From assembly GCA_041483135.1 (NCBI GenBank), contig JBGPFE010000020.1:349-64348 (forward strand): a stretch of 64,000 nucleotides of DNA. The letters run 5' to 3'. Of the stretch, positions 8,745 to 17,397 are shown one piece after another. Under the pieces are notes generated by a model. The model saw nothing but the letters and a program-made list of their open reading frames with translations. It made no database searches and was not told where the DNA came from. How positions within the stretch are numbered: position 1 is the first letter of the stretch; every line of letters starts with the position of its first letter. The stretch comes from Gammaproteobacteria bacterium. GTDB taxonomy: Bacteria > Pseudomonadota > Gammaproteobacteria > Burkholderiales > SG8-41. A program made the position numbers and the translations under genes.

Positions 8745-8802
8745 TGAACAGGGAACAGGAAATAGTAAAAGGCGTCTTGACCCATTCCCCATCCCCCATT
8801 CC
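8745..8802 (-). repeat. word hairpin element (GGGAAT/GGAACA words)
   Basis: GTGAACAGGGAACAGGAAATAGTAAAAGG...CCCATTCCCCATCCCCCATTCC. Related words occur at 46676-46766 and 5423-5507. Confidence 0.5.
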
Positions 8803-8828
8803 TCGCTTTTGTTCCGTTTGACGTTGCT

Positions 8829-10075
8829 TCAATTCACCTTCACCGTTGATTGCTGCATCACTTTGCGCCATTTCCGCATTTCGGCGAGGACGTAATCCCG
8901 GCTGCCCGGCGGGCCGATGAACATGGGGTCGTAGCCGTACTCGGCCATCCGTGCCGCCAGGCCCGGCATCCGGGCCAGCTTCTCCATCGCGGCGATCAGG
9001 CGGTTCTGAACCGCACGCGGCATGGCGGCGGGACCCGCCAGAAAGCGAAAGCTGCCGGGATTGACGCTCGCGAGTCCGAGGCTTTCGAAGGTCGGGACGG
9101 CGGGCAGTGCAGGCGAGCGCTTGCTGCCGGTAATGGCCAGCGCTCTGAGAGTGCCGGCCTGGACGTGCGACGCGATACTGCCGGGCGTCGCATAAGTGAT
9201 GTCGATGTGACCGCCCAGGAGGTCGGTGATGGCGGCCCCGGCGCCTTTGAACGGCACATGCGTCACATTGATCCCGGCCGCCGCATTGAACATCTCGCCC
9301 GTGAGATGCCCTGCAGAGTTCGGTCCGGCCGAACCGTAGGTGAGCTTGCCGGGAATATTTTTCGCCAGTGCGATCAGCTCATTGAGGGTTCTGGCAGGCA
9401 CGGCAGAGTGGACCACCAGGACCGTCGGAGAAGTGCCGACGATGTTGAGGATCGCGAAGTCCTGTTCGCTGTTGTAAGGCAGCGATGGCGCGATGGCGGG
9501 GTTGATCGCGAAGGCGGTGTCCAGGAACCCGAGCGTATATCCGTCGGGAGCCGCGCTCGCCACTATTTGCGTGCCGATGCGCCGTCGGAGGGCGGAGCAG
9601 GGGCGCCCCTTCAGGGGATGCGACCCCGGAGACGGATGCTGTGCCCGCGGTTAATCCCACGGCGCGCATCCCGACTCGCGGACGTTCTCATCCCGCAAGC
9701 GGGGCGCATCGCAGGGCGGAAGAGGGTTCCCTTTGGGATCTGACCCCGGAGATGAGCAAGGGGCCGGTATTAACGATACGCTAACGACCAGCTCCGCGGT
9801 CGCATCCCGCAAGCGGGTCCTTGCTCCACGCTCTGCAGGCCCCTGTTCACTGCTCGCGGGCGCCTGCCGGCGCCGCCGCGGTTGTCCACCACGACCTGTT
9901 GTCCGAGCACCTCTCCCAGCCGGGGCGCCACCAGCCTTGCCAGCAGATCGGTGCCGCCGCCGGCCGCAAAGGGCACGACCAGCCGTATCGATTTGGCCGG
10001 GTACTCCGCGCTTGCCGCGGGCGTCGCGCCGAGCGCCGTCAGAACGCCGAGCAGGCAGACCGCTATACGGTTCAT
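8829..10075 (-). pseudogene. Bug/TctC-family solute-binding protein gene disrupted by a 276-bp insertion
   Basis: N-terminal part (MNRIAVCLL...[19 protein letters not shown]...VVDNRGGAG) and C-terminal part (RIGTQIVASAAPDGYT...HVPFKG...) are in different frames, separated by 281 nt. Confidence 0.75.
9584..9859. mobile_element. non-autonomous insertion element (MITE-like, 276 bp) flanked by 5-bp direct repeat GCGCC
   Basis: GCGCC lies at 9579-9583 and 9860-9864. Deleting the element plus one repeat restores an in-frame Bug ORF of normal spacing. Subterminal imperfect inverted repeats and two internal diverged tandem units are present; no ORF. Confidence 0.6.
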
Positions 10076-10200
10076 GGCACGAATCTCCTCGTCTGAGACC
10101 ACCTGCTGTACCTGGCGCTTTATCAAGAGCACGCTGCAAAATATCCGCAGCGCGGTTGCCTGCGCTACGGTTGCGCGTCCATCTGAATCGCGCAGGATTT

Positions 10201-11097
10201 TTATTTGGCCGGTTTGTCGCGGCCGGCAATGGTGGCGACGAGCGCGAGGATATTGCTTGCAGTCTTCGCCATCGCCACGTCAACGAGCTTGCCATCCACC
10301 GTAGTGCTGGCGGTACCCCGCGCGAGGGCCTCGTCAAATGCCTTCAAAACACGGGTGGAGTAATCGATCTCGGCCGCGGTCGGCGTATAGATCTCGTTGG
10401 CCGCCTCGATTTGAGAGGGATGGATCACGGTTCGCCCGCGGTACCCCAGCCTTCTCGACAGCGTCGTATCCCGCTTGAATCCCGCGCGATCCCTGATGTT
10501 CGAGTACACGCCGTCCAGCGGGTATTTGATAGCGGCAGCCCGTGCCGACACAAAAGTGAGTTGCCGCACCAGCATCATCTCCGGGCCTTCGCTCGACCAG
10601 ATGGCGCCGAGGGAAACGTTCATGTCGCCGTCCTCGCCGCCGCCGTAAATCACGGACTCGATGCGTTTTGCCGCCGTGACGATCTGGTAAGAAAACAAGG
10701 CGCCTGCGGCGCTCTCGACCATCACGATGATCGGCGTGCTGCCGGGGGCGAGCCCCTTGCGAACCTCCAGGCTCGTCAGCATTCGATCGACGGCGGCCAC
10801 ATCGCCGGCGCTGTCCTGTTTCGGGACGACGAACCCGGCAAGCCCGGGCGTGCCGACGAATTCGGCGAGATCTTCATGCAGATACCCGCTCGGCAGCGAG
10901 TTGACGCGGATCCAGCTCTTGTCCGCGGGGAGCTTCGCTATGTACTCTTTCGCCATCGTCCGGGCGTTCGCTTTCTCGGCAACCGGAATCGTGTCCTCGA
11001 GGTCGAAAATGAAGCCATCCGCAGGCAAAGAGCCGAGCTTATCCAGCATCCGCCGCTGATTGGCCGGCACGAATAACAAGCTTCGCCACAAGCGCAT
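10201..11097 (-). CDS. HpcH/HpaI aldolase / CitE-like CoA-ester lyase
   Basis: [20 protein letters not shown]...[12 protein letters not shown], characteristic of the citrate lyase beta / (citra)malyl-CoA lyase family. Confidence 0.8.
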   Translation of the reverse strand: MRLWRSLLFVPANQRRMLDKLGSLPADGFIFDLEDTIPVAEKANARTMAKEYIAKLPADKSWIRVNSLPSGYLHEDLAEFVGTPGLAGFVVPKQDSAGDVAAVDRMLTSLEVRKGLAPGSTPIIVMVESAAGALFSYQIVTAAKRIESVIYGGGEDGDMNVSLGAIWSSEGPEMMLVRQLTFVSARAAAIKYPLDGVYSNIRDRAGFKRDTTLSRRLGYRGRTVIHPSQIEAANEIYTPTAAEIDYSTRVLKAFDEALARGTASTTVDGKLVDVAMAKTASNILALVATIAGRDKPAK

Positions 11098-11135
11098 GAA
11101 CTATTCTCCCGTAAAGTTGGCCGCAACAAACTGGA

Positions 11136-12347
11136 CTATAAGCCTGCCGGATTCCCCAGCAACACAACGCCTGCCCTGGAAAAACCGGCAATCTGGACAT
11201 CGCTGTATCCCAGTTCGCGCAGAATTTCCGCCGAATGCTCGCCCAACATCGGCGCCGGCCTGCGGACGCTGGGACTGTCCTGATCGAACAAGACCGGGTT
11301 GCGCACGGTGGGGGTGGGTCCCATGCGCGGATGCTTGACCTCGCCTATGACGTTCCGCGCGCGGATGTGCGGGTTGTCGAAGACTTCCTGGAAATTATTG
11401 ACGCGCGAACAAGGAATGCCGGCTTCCACCAGCAGGGCCTCCAGGTCAGCAGCGCTTCTCGCGCGTATTGCCGGTGTAACGACGCCCAGCAGGCCGGTCT
11501 CGTTCTGCTTCCTGAGAACATAGGTCGCGAAGCGGGCGTCGCTGATATGGCTTTCGAGGCCGAGCACTGTCATGAACCGCCTGAACAACTCATCGTTCGG
11601 CGTGCCGATCGCCAGGTAATGCCCATCCTGCGTTTCGAACAGCTGGTACGGTGCATTCAGGCGATGCTGGTGCCCCAGCCGTTCCGGCACCATCCCCGTC
11701 GCGAGATAGCCGGCCGTCTCCCACGCCGCCGCCGCAATCGAGGACTCCACGAGCGAGACATCCGCGATCCGCCCGCCTTTGCCTCGCAGCACGCTGATCA
11801 GTCCCGACAGCGTCGCGTAAGTTGCAAACAGCGCTCCGAAAATGTCCGCGCTCTGAATCCCGGTGCGCATCGGCATTTCACCGGCGATGCCGGTGACCGA
11901 TAACGCGCCGGAAAAGGCCTCGATGATCAAGTTGACGCCGGCGCGCCGCCGATACGGCCCCGTCTGGCCGAATCCGGAGGCCGATACGTAGACGATCTTC
12001 GGGTTTGCCGCGCGCACCTGCTCGGGGCCAAGACCGATCGCTTCCAGCGCACCCGGCCGGTTGTTTTCGAGGAACACATCGCTTTTTTCGACCAGGGCAA
12101 GCGCAATGTCACGCGCCGGTCGTTGCTTCAGATCCAGGACCAGGCTGCGCTTGTTGCGATTCAACGCGGCGAAGCTTGCGCTTTCGCCATTGACCAGCGG
12201 GGGCATGGCCCGGGTCTGATCGCCTTGCGCCGGGCGCTCGATCTTGATCACGTCCGCTCCCATGTCACCCAGGAGCATGCCGCAAAACGGGCCGGCAATG
12301 AAATTGCCGAGCTCGAGGACCCTGATGCCTTCAAGTGGCTGCGACAC
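11136..12347 (-). CDS. CaiB/BaiF family III CoA-transferase
   Basis: LEGIRVLELGNFIAGPFCGMLLGDMGADVIKIERP N-terminal signature; 403 aa. Confidence 0.85.
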   Translation of the reverse strand: MSQPLEGIRVLELGNFIAGPFCGMLLGDMGADVIKIERPAQGDQTRAMPPLVNGESASFAALNRNKRSLVLDLKQRPARDIALALVEKSDVFLENNRPGALEAIGLGPEQVRAANPKIVYVSASGFGQTGPYRRRAGVNLIIEAFSGALSVTGIAGEMPMRTGIQSADIFGALFATYATLSGLISVLRGKGGRIADVSLVESSIAAAAWETAGYLATGMVPERLGHQHRLNAPYQLFETQDGHYLAIGTPNDELFRRFMTVLGLESHISDARFATYVLRKQNETGLLGVVTPAIRARSAADLEALLVEAGIPCSRVNNFQEVFDNPHIRARNVIGEVKHPRMGPTPTVRNPVLFDQDSPSVRRPAPMLGEHSAEILRELGYSDVQIAGFSRAGVVLLGNPAGL

Positions 12348-12407
12348 CGCGTTGACACTCCTGACTGTTATTTTCCCGATTGCGACTATCCATTAACCCA
12401 AAAAACG

Positions 12408-12550
12408 CAGCAGCGGCCACAGAGGACACAGAGGACATGATGGTTCGGGGCATTACGGTCTTACGCGCACTCACCCGTCGGGTTATGCGCGCAGGATAAA
12501 CAACCCAACGATTTTTCTCTGTGATCTCTGTGACCTCTGTGGCTGACTGC
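12408..12550. repeat. long-range inverted repeat built from 9-mer CACAGAGG-type words
   Basis: GCAGCAGCGGCCACAGAGGACACAGAGGACAT (12408-12438) versus CTCTGTGATCTCTGTGACCTCTGTGGCTGACTGC (12517-12550), about 78 nt apart. Confidence 0.7.
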
Positions 12551-12581
12551 TTTTTCCAGGATTAACGCAAAGCAGGCCGCA

Positions 12582-13562
12582 TCACTCCGGCGTGAGACCG
12601 ATCCTGGCGGCAAGACGCCGGTTCGCCTCGATTTCGGCGACAATCGTCTTCGCAAACTCCGCGGCCGTGGAACTCGCGGGGGCGAAACCCTGGTCCGCAA
12701 AGGCGCGCTTCATTTCGGGATCCTCCATGGCCTTCGCCATTTCGTTGCGGATACGGTTCACGTATTGGTTCGGCGTGCCGGCCGGAAACCAGAAGCCGTA
12801 CCAGGGCACGAACACATACCCTTTGACACCTGCCTCAGCGACCGTGGGCACATCGGGGAGCTCGCTCCAGCGGCTGGACGCGGTAATGGCGAGCGCTCTC
12901 AGCTTGCCCGCTTTGACTTGGGGCAGGAGCACCGTCGGCGGGCCGAAGCAAGTGTCTATTCTCCCCCCCAGAAGATCGGTGATGGCTTGCCCTACCCCCT
13001 TGTAAGGAACATGGGTGATTTGCGTCCCGGCCATGACATTGAAGATCTCGGGTGCGAAATGCATGACGTTACCGACCCCGCCGGATCCATACGTGAGTTT
13101 ACCGGGCTGGGCCTTCGCGACGGCAATCAGCTCCTGGATCGTGCGGGCAGGCACGCTGGGATGCACGACTACGAGAAAGCCGACGCTGTTGACCAGTAAC
13201 GAGATGGGGGCGAAATCCTTGACCGGGTCATAAGGCAGGCTCTTGGTAATCACCGGCAGGCTGGCGTGACTCGATGAGGTGTGCAGCATCGTGTAGCCAT
13301 CCGGTGCCGCTTTCGCCACCAGATCGGTGCCGAGGGCTCCGCCCGCCCCGGGCCGGTTGTCGATCACCAGGGTGGTCACGCTCTGCATTTTCCGCCCCAC
13401 CATCCGCGCGATGAAATCCATCGGCCCGCCGGCGGCATAGGGCACCACCACACGGATAGGCTTCGACGGGTAGTCGCGTTGAACGGGTTGCTGGTCAGCC
13501 GCGAAAACCGGCCATGCCGCGAAAAGCGCTGCAAACCCAAGCGTCGTTCTGGATAAAAACAT
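12582..13562 (-). CDS. Bug/TctC-family periplasmic solute-binding protein
   Basis: Signal peptide, YPSKPIRVVVPYAAGG, DNRPGAGG, APDGYT, HVPYKG motifs. Confidence 0.85.
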   Translation of the reverse strand: MFLSRTTLGFAALFAAWPVFAADQQPVQRDYPSKPIRVVVPYAAGGPMDFIARMVGRKMQSVTTLVIDNRPGAGGALGTDLVAKAAPDGYTMLHTSSSHASLPVITKSLPYDPVKDFAPISLLVNSVGFLVVVHPSVPARTIQELIAVAKAQPGKLTYGSGGVGNVMHFAPEIFNVMAGTQITHVPYKGVGQAITDLLGGRIDTCFGPPTVLLPQVKAGKLRALAITASSRWSELPDVPTVAEAGVKGYVFVPWYGFWFPAGTPNQYVNRIRNEMAKAMEDPEMKRAFADQGFAPASSTAAEFAKTIVAEIEANRRLAARIGLTPE

Positions 13563-13776
13563 GTCTCCTCCTGGTATTCAAGGGGCTTCCGGATTCGGGC
13601 AATTTTCTTTTTAAGCAACTTCCGCGGGGCAGTATAGGGGAATCGGGGCCAGGCTTGGCGAAATGCATAAAGGCACCATGATCCGGGGGACGCCGGGCGC
13701 AAGACGAGAGGCGAGGCTCGGATCGGGCCCGGATGAATTTTTCGAATAATCGGAGACAGACCACGGTTTCTTGGTT

Positions 13777-13850
13777 TGGTCATTGAGCGATTGGCTAATT
13801 CAGCGATTGAGTAACAAAATCGCTTGGCCCCTCGCTTCGGTCTCTCCGCC
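13777..13850 (+). repeat. GATT/AATC word hairpin element, copy 5 (short)
   Basis: GGTCATTGAGCGATTGGCTAATTCAGCGATTGAGTAACAAAATCGCTTGGCCCCTCGCTTCGGTCTCTCCGCC. Confidence 0.7.
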
Positions 13851-13903
13851 TTTGTTCCGCTTGAAGAATGAAAAGGGTCTGACCCCAAGCAATCACCCTG
13901 CCG

Positions 13904-14923
13904 TCATTCGCCAAACTGCAATTCCGCCCACTCTCGCCACCGGTCGCCTTTCTTCGCGTTGATGCTCATGCGGTTGGGAAGCTGGGTCTTGATCGAGGCG
14001 GGCTTCATCTTCGCGACTCTTTCGAGCACTCTGCGGTACTCGTCGTCCGACAGAACCCTCGCCCTGCCGCCCGCGTGGGCGAGCCTTTCCATCTGAATGA
14101 TCTCTTCGACCTCCGCCGGCGCCAGTATCGAACCGACCGCCTCGCCCCAGCTTGCTCTCGGCTTGGCGGCTGCCTGGGCGAATTCGTCGGTCGACGAGAC
14201 CATTTTTGCAATCGTCAGGTGCTCGTAACGCATGGCCCAGGCCAACGCGTCCTCTCCAATATCGTTTTTGACGGTGCGGTCGGCGCCGGCCACGAGCAGC
14301 AGAGCGGCGATCTTCTGCTTGCCTTCATGCGCGGCCATCATCAGCACGGTCGAGCCGTTCGTCGAACGCGCGTTGATGTCCGCCCCTTGCTGCATCAGGA
14401 ATTTCGCGATCTCGTCGTGCCCCGCAAAAGCCGCGTAATGCAAGGCGCTCCATTCATTGCCGTCCCGGTTTATCCGCGCGCCATGCTCGAGCAGCCAGGC
14501 GGCCGCTGTGCGCTGCCCCTTCCATGCGGCGAGCATGAGCGCTTGTTCCTTGAAAGCATTGGTGCGATTCACGTCGGCGCCGTGTTTCACGAGCAGCTCC
14601 ATCATGGCGATATCTCCGCTCCAGGCGGCGATCATCAAGCCGGTGCCCACACGGTCGCCTTCGAAATTCGGATCCAGCCCGGCGTCGAGCCATTTACCGA
14701 CCGTTGCGATGTCTCCCTGCTCGACCCTGACACCGAACGTGATCGCATCCGGCAGCGCGCGTGCGGCCGCGGCCGGCAGCGCGGGCGCGTCCGCAGCCGC
14801 AGCCGGCGGCAGGCTCAAGGCCCGCGCGGTCAGCACGATGAGCGCGACCAGTATCAGCTGTGACAGTCGGCGCGCTTGTTTCGACGGGAGTTCGGGCATC
14901 GTAAGTCCTCGGCTTCTGCGCAT
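13904..14923 (-). CDS. secreted ankyrin-repeat protein
   Basis: N-terminal hydrophobic signal/anchor, then 5 or more ANK repeats (G.T.LM.AA..G......LL..GAD.N). Start is uncertain (14923 or 14899). Confidence 0.8.
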   Translation of the reverse strand: MRRSRGLTMPELPSKQARRLSQLILVALIVLTARALSLPPAAAADAPALPAAAARALPDAITFGVRVEQGDIATVGKWLDAGLDPNFEGDRVGTGLMIAAWSGDIAMMELLVKHGADVNRTNAFKEQALMLAAWKGQRTAAAWLLEHGARINRDGNEWSALHYAAFAGHDEIAKFLMQQGADINARSTNGSTVLMMAAHEGKQKIAALLLVAGADRTVKNDIGEDALAWAMRYEHLTIAKMVSSTDEFAQAAAKPRASWGEAVGSILAPAEVEEIIQMERLAHAGGRARVLSDDEYRRVLERVAKMKPASIKTQLPNRMSINAKKGDRWREWAELQFGE

Positions 14924-15033
14924 CCGGTCTTGCCAGGCCTCGTTCGACAGCCTATTCTGCGATTGCCTGGCTGCCGTGATTTATGTAACAAATTGAGCCG
15001 GTTGTCAAAGGATGAGCTGAGCGCTCCGCTTTC

Positions 15034-15552
15034 ATGCGTATCGAAATCTGCGTTGCGTTGCTTGCCAGCACCGCTTTGCACGCGAGCCTGCTTGTTCTGT
15101 CACCGGCTTCCGTCGCCTCGCGCGCCTCCGCCGGGCCGGCGTCCGCTGCTCCCCGCGTCCTCACTGCCCGCCTCAAAAACACGCTCGCGACCGGCAAGTC
15201 AGCGCGCCCGGAGCGGTCGAAATCCGCGCACGCGGCGCGATCCCTTGCCGCGCAACCCGCATCGATGGTGATCGGGCGTCCGGCCCCGTCTGCGAACGGC
15301 ATCAAACGAAATCCGCGGGTCGATAATCCTCTGCGCTTCTACCCGCCGGAGGCCATTGCCAGGGGCCTCGAAGGCGAGGCGATCCTCATGCTGCGCTTTG
15401 GCGTCGATGGCGCGTTGATCGATGCTCAGATAGCTAAGAGCAGTGGCCACGTGATTCTCGACGAGGCCGCGTTGCGGGCGATACGCGCGACGCCGCGCTT
15501 TGCCTCGGGACCACGTGAAATGCTGTTTCCAGTGACGTTCGCCCTGCATTGA
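15034..15552 (+). CDS. TonB-family C-terminal domain protein
   Basis: N-terminal TM with the LHASLL motif, an Ala/Pro/Ser linker, and a C-terminal YPPEAIARGLEGEAILMLRFGVDG...SSGHVILDEAAL TonB-C signature. Confidence 0.65.
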   Translation: MRIEICVALLASTALHASLLVLSPASVASRASAGPASAAPRVLTARLKNTLATGKSARPERSKSAHAARSLAAQPASMVIGRPAPSANGIKRNPRVDNPLRFYPPEAIARGLEGEAILMLRFGVDGALIDAQIAKSSGHVILDEAALRAIRATPRFASGPREMLFPVTFALH

Positions 15553-15703
15553 GTAATGATGCAGTAGCGGGGACACTTCGCTTTCGTATAGAGTTGTAAA
15601 CTGTCACTGACGATTCCGTGCGCTGCCCGCGTCGACGCGGCGCGTGCACGGCGTCTGTTTGCAGAATCTTTTGCACCACGCAGGTTTGCCGAGGAGAAAA
15701 ATC

Positions 15704-16675
15704 ATGAAAAAGCTGATGCTTTATGCACTTGCGCTGTTAGCGGGAGCCTGCGGTTACGCCGGCGCGGCCGCTGCTCAGACGTATCCGGCCAAACCGATCC
15801 GCGTCATCATTCCGTTTCCGCCCGGTGAAGCGGCCGACATCATAGCCCGGCTCTTGAGCCCGGTCATGGCAGAGCACATGGGACAGCAGATCGTCGTCGA
15901 CAACCGCGCCGGCGCGAGCGGCCAGATCGGGCTCGAGTTGCTCAAGAACGCCACGCCGGACGGCTACACGATCGGCGTGGGGCAAGGCGGCAACCTCGTC
16001 GTTGCGCCCCATACCTACAAGAAGCTGCCGTACGACCCGCTCAAGGATTTTGCGGCCGTCGCGCTCAACGCGACGAACTATCTGGCCGTGGTGGCCAATC
16101 CCAATGCGCCGTTCAAGAACGCCGCCGAAATGATCGCGTGGGCCAAAGCGAATCCGGGAAAACTCACGCTCGCAACCAACGGCGAAGGCGGCTATCCGCA
16201 CCTCGCGTTCGAGCTGCTGGCCTCGATGGCGGGTTTCAAGTTCCTGCATGTCCCGTACAAGGGGGCGACGCAAGTCGTGACCGATGTGATCTCGGGCCAG
16301 GTGCAGGCGGGGATCGGCTCCTACACGAGCATGTCGCCGCTCGTGCAACTCGGCCGCATGCGGATGATCGGGGTGACCAATAATGTGCGCGTGCCCGACA
16401 AACCCGATCTGCCGGTCCTGGCGAACCTGGTTCCCGGCTACGACATGCGCGGATGGTTCGGCTACATCGCGCCGGCCGGAACGCCGCGCGCCATCGTCCG
16501 GCGCCTCAACGAGGAAGTCAACCGGGCGATGCATCAACCGGACGTGAACGCCAAGTTGGTCCAGGCCGGGCTGTACGTCGCCAACGAGTCGCCGGAATTC
16601 TACGCCAAGTTCATCCAGACCGAATTCGCCAAGTACGGCAAGATCGCGCGCGACATCGGCTTCAAGCCGCAGTAA
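15704..16675 (+). CDS. Bug/TctC-family periplasmic solute-binding protein
   Basis: ATG at 15704 after GAGGAG. YPAKPIRVIIPFPPGE, DNRAGASG, TPDGYT, HVPYKG. Confidence 0.85.
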   Translation: MKKLMLYALALLAGACGYAGAAAAQTYPAKPIRVIIPFPPGEAADIIARLLSPVMAEHMGQQIVVDNRAGASGQIGLELLKNATPDGYTIGVGQGGNLVVAPHTYKKLPYDPLKDFAAVALNATNYLAVVANPNAPFKNAAEMIAWAKANPGKLTLATNGEGGYPHLAFELLASMAGFKFLHVPYKGATQVVTDVISGQVQAGIGSYTSMSPLVQLGRMRMIGVTNNVRVPDKPDLPVLANLVPGYDMRGWFGYIAPAGTPRAIVRRLNEEVNRAMHQPDVNAKLVQAGLYVANESPEFYAKFIQTEFAKYGKIARDIGFKPQ

Positions 16676-16737
16676 GCCGCTGCGGCAACGGCAGCGGAAA
16701 AAACGCACGTTTCTCGGACCAGGGCAAGGAGACCGCG

Positions 16738-17076
16738 ATGGAAGCGCTGAAGGACGCAACGCATTTATATGAAGTCGAGCGGCGCGCGCGTCACGCCGAG
16801 CGGCCCGGCTTCCGAATCGGCGAGATACAGATTTCGCCGAGCCAGCAAGTGCCCTGGCATTATCACAGCAATGTGCAGGACACGTTCTACGTGCTCGCGG
16901 GAAAAATCCGCATCTTCCTGCGCGACCCGAAAGAGGAAGTGCGCCTCGCGCCCGGCGAGACGTACGCGGTGCCGCCGAAACGCCCGCACCTGGTCGTCAA
17001 TGGCGGCGACACCTCCGCGACTTTCCTCGTCCTGCAGGGCATCGGCGAGTACGATTTCATCCCGCTCACGAAATAA
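16738..17076 (+). CDS. cupin-domain protein
   Basis: 112 aa with PWHYHSNVQDTFYVLAG...PGETYAVPPKRPH two-motif cupin signature. ATG at 16738. Confidence 0.75.
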   Translation: MEALKDATHLYEVERRARHAERPGFRIGEIQISPSQQVPWHYHSNVQDTFYVLAGKIRIFLRDPKEEVRLAPGETYAVPPKRPHLVVNGGDTSATFLVLQGIGEYDFIPLTK

Positions 17077-17122
17077 ACGGGGCCGGACAGCATCGATTCG
17101 TGACGGGGCAGCGTCAGCCCGG

Positions 17123-17305
17123 CTATTTTGTCCTCAAATCCTGCATCCCGTCATCGACCGCTCGCCGGATATCGTCCGCCGCCTCCTTTTGCTCTTCCAC
17201 CGGCGGCTTTTTACGCACTGCTCCGCCCTGGCTTTGTGAGACATGCGGTCTGGGCTTCCGCCCGGCCTTGGCGGCAATACGTTTCTGGTTTGGCGATTTG
17301 CTCAT
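17123..17305 (-). CDS. small basic hypothetical protein (60 aa)
   Basis: ATG is preceded by a strong SD (GAAAGGAGGATTCC ATG). Lys/Arg/Pro-rich N-terminus and acidic helical C-terminus; no family recognised. Confidence 0.45.
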   Translation of the reverse strand: MSKSPNQKRIAAKAGRKPRPHVSQSQGGAVRKKPPVEEQKEAADDIRRAVDDGMQDLRTK

Positions 17306-17397
17306 GGAATCCTCCTTTCATTTGCTCTGCTGCAGAATAATCGGGGTCGGGCCACGGTTTCCCGGCGTCGCCAGCGCTGTCGCCGGAACCTGTCACC

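Noticed and set aside
9579-9864. The insert in the Bug gene as a group I/II intron, intein or programmed frameshift
   Set aside because: Length is 281 nt and not a multiple of 3, and stops occur in all frames, so it is not an intein. It is too short and lacks domain V-like sequence for a group II intron. I could not identify a P1-P9 group I core. The 5-bp direct repeat and frame-restoring excision fit transposition better. Splicing is not formally excluded without RNA data.
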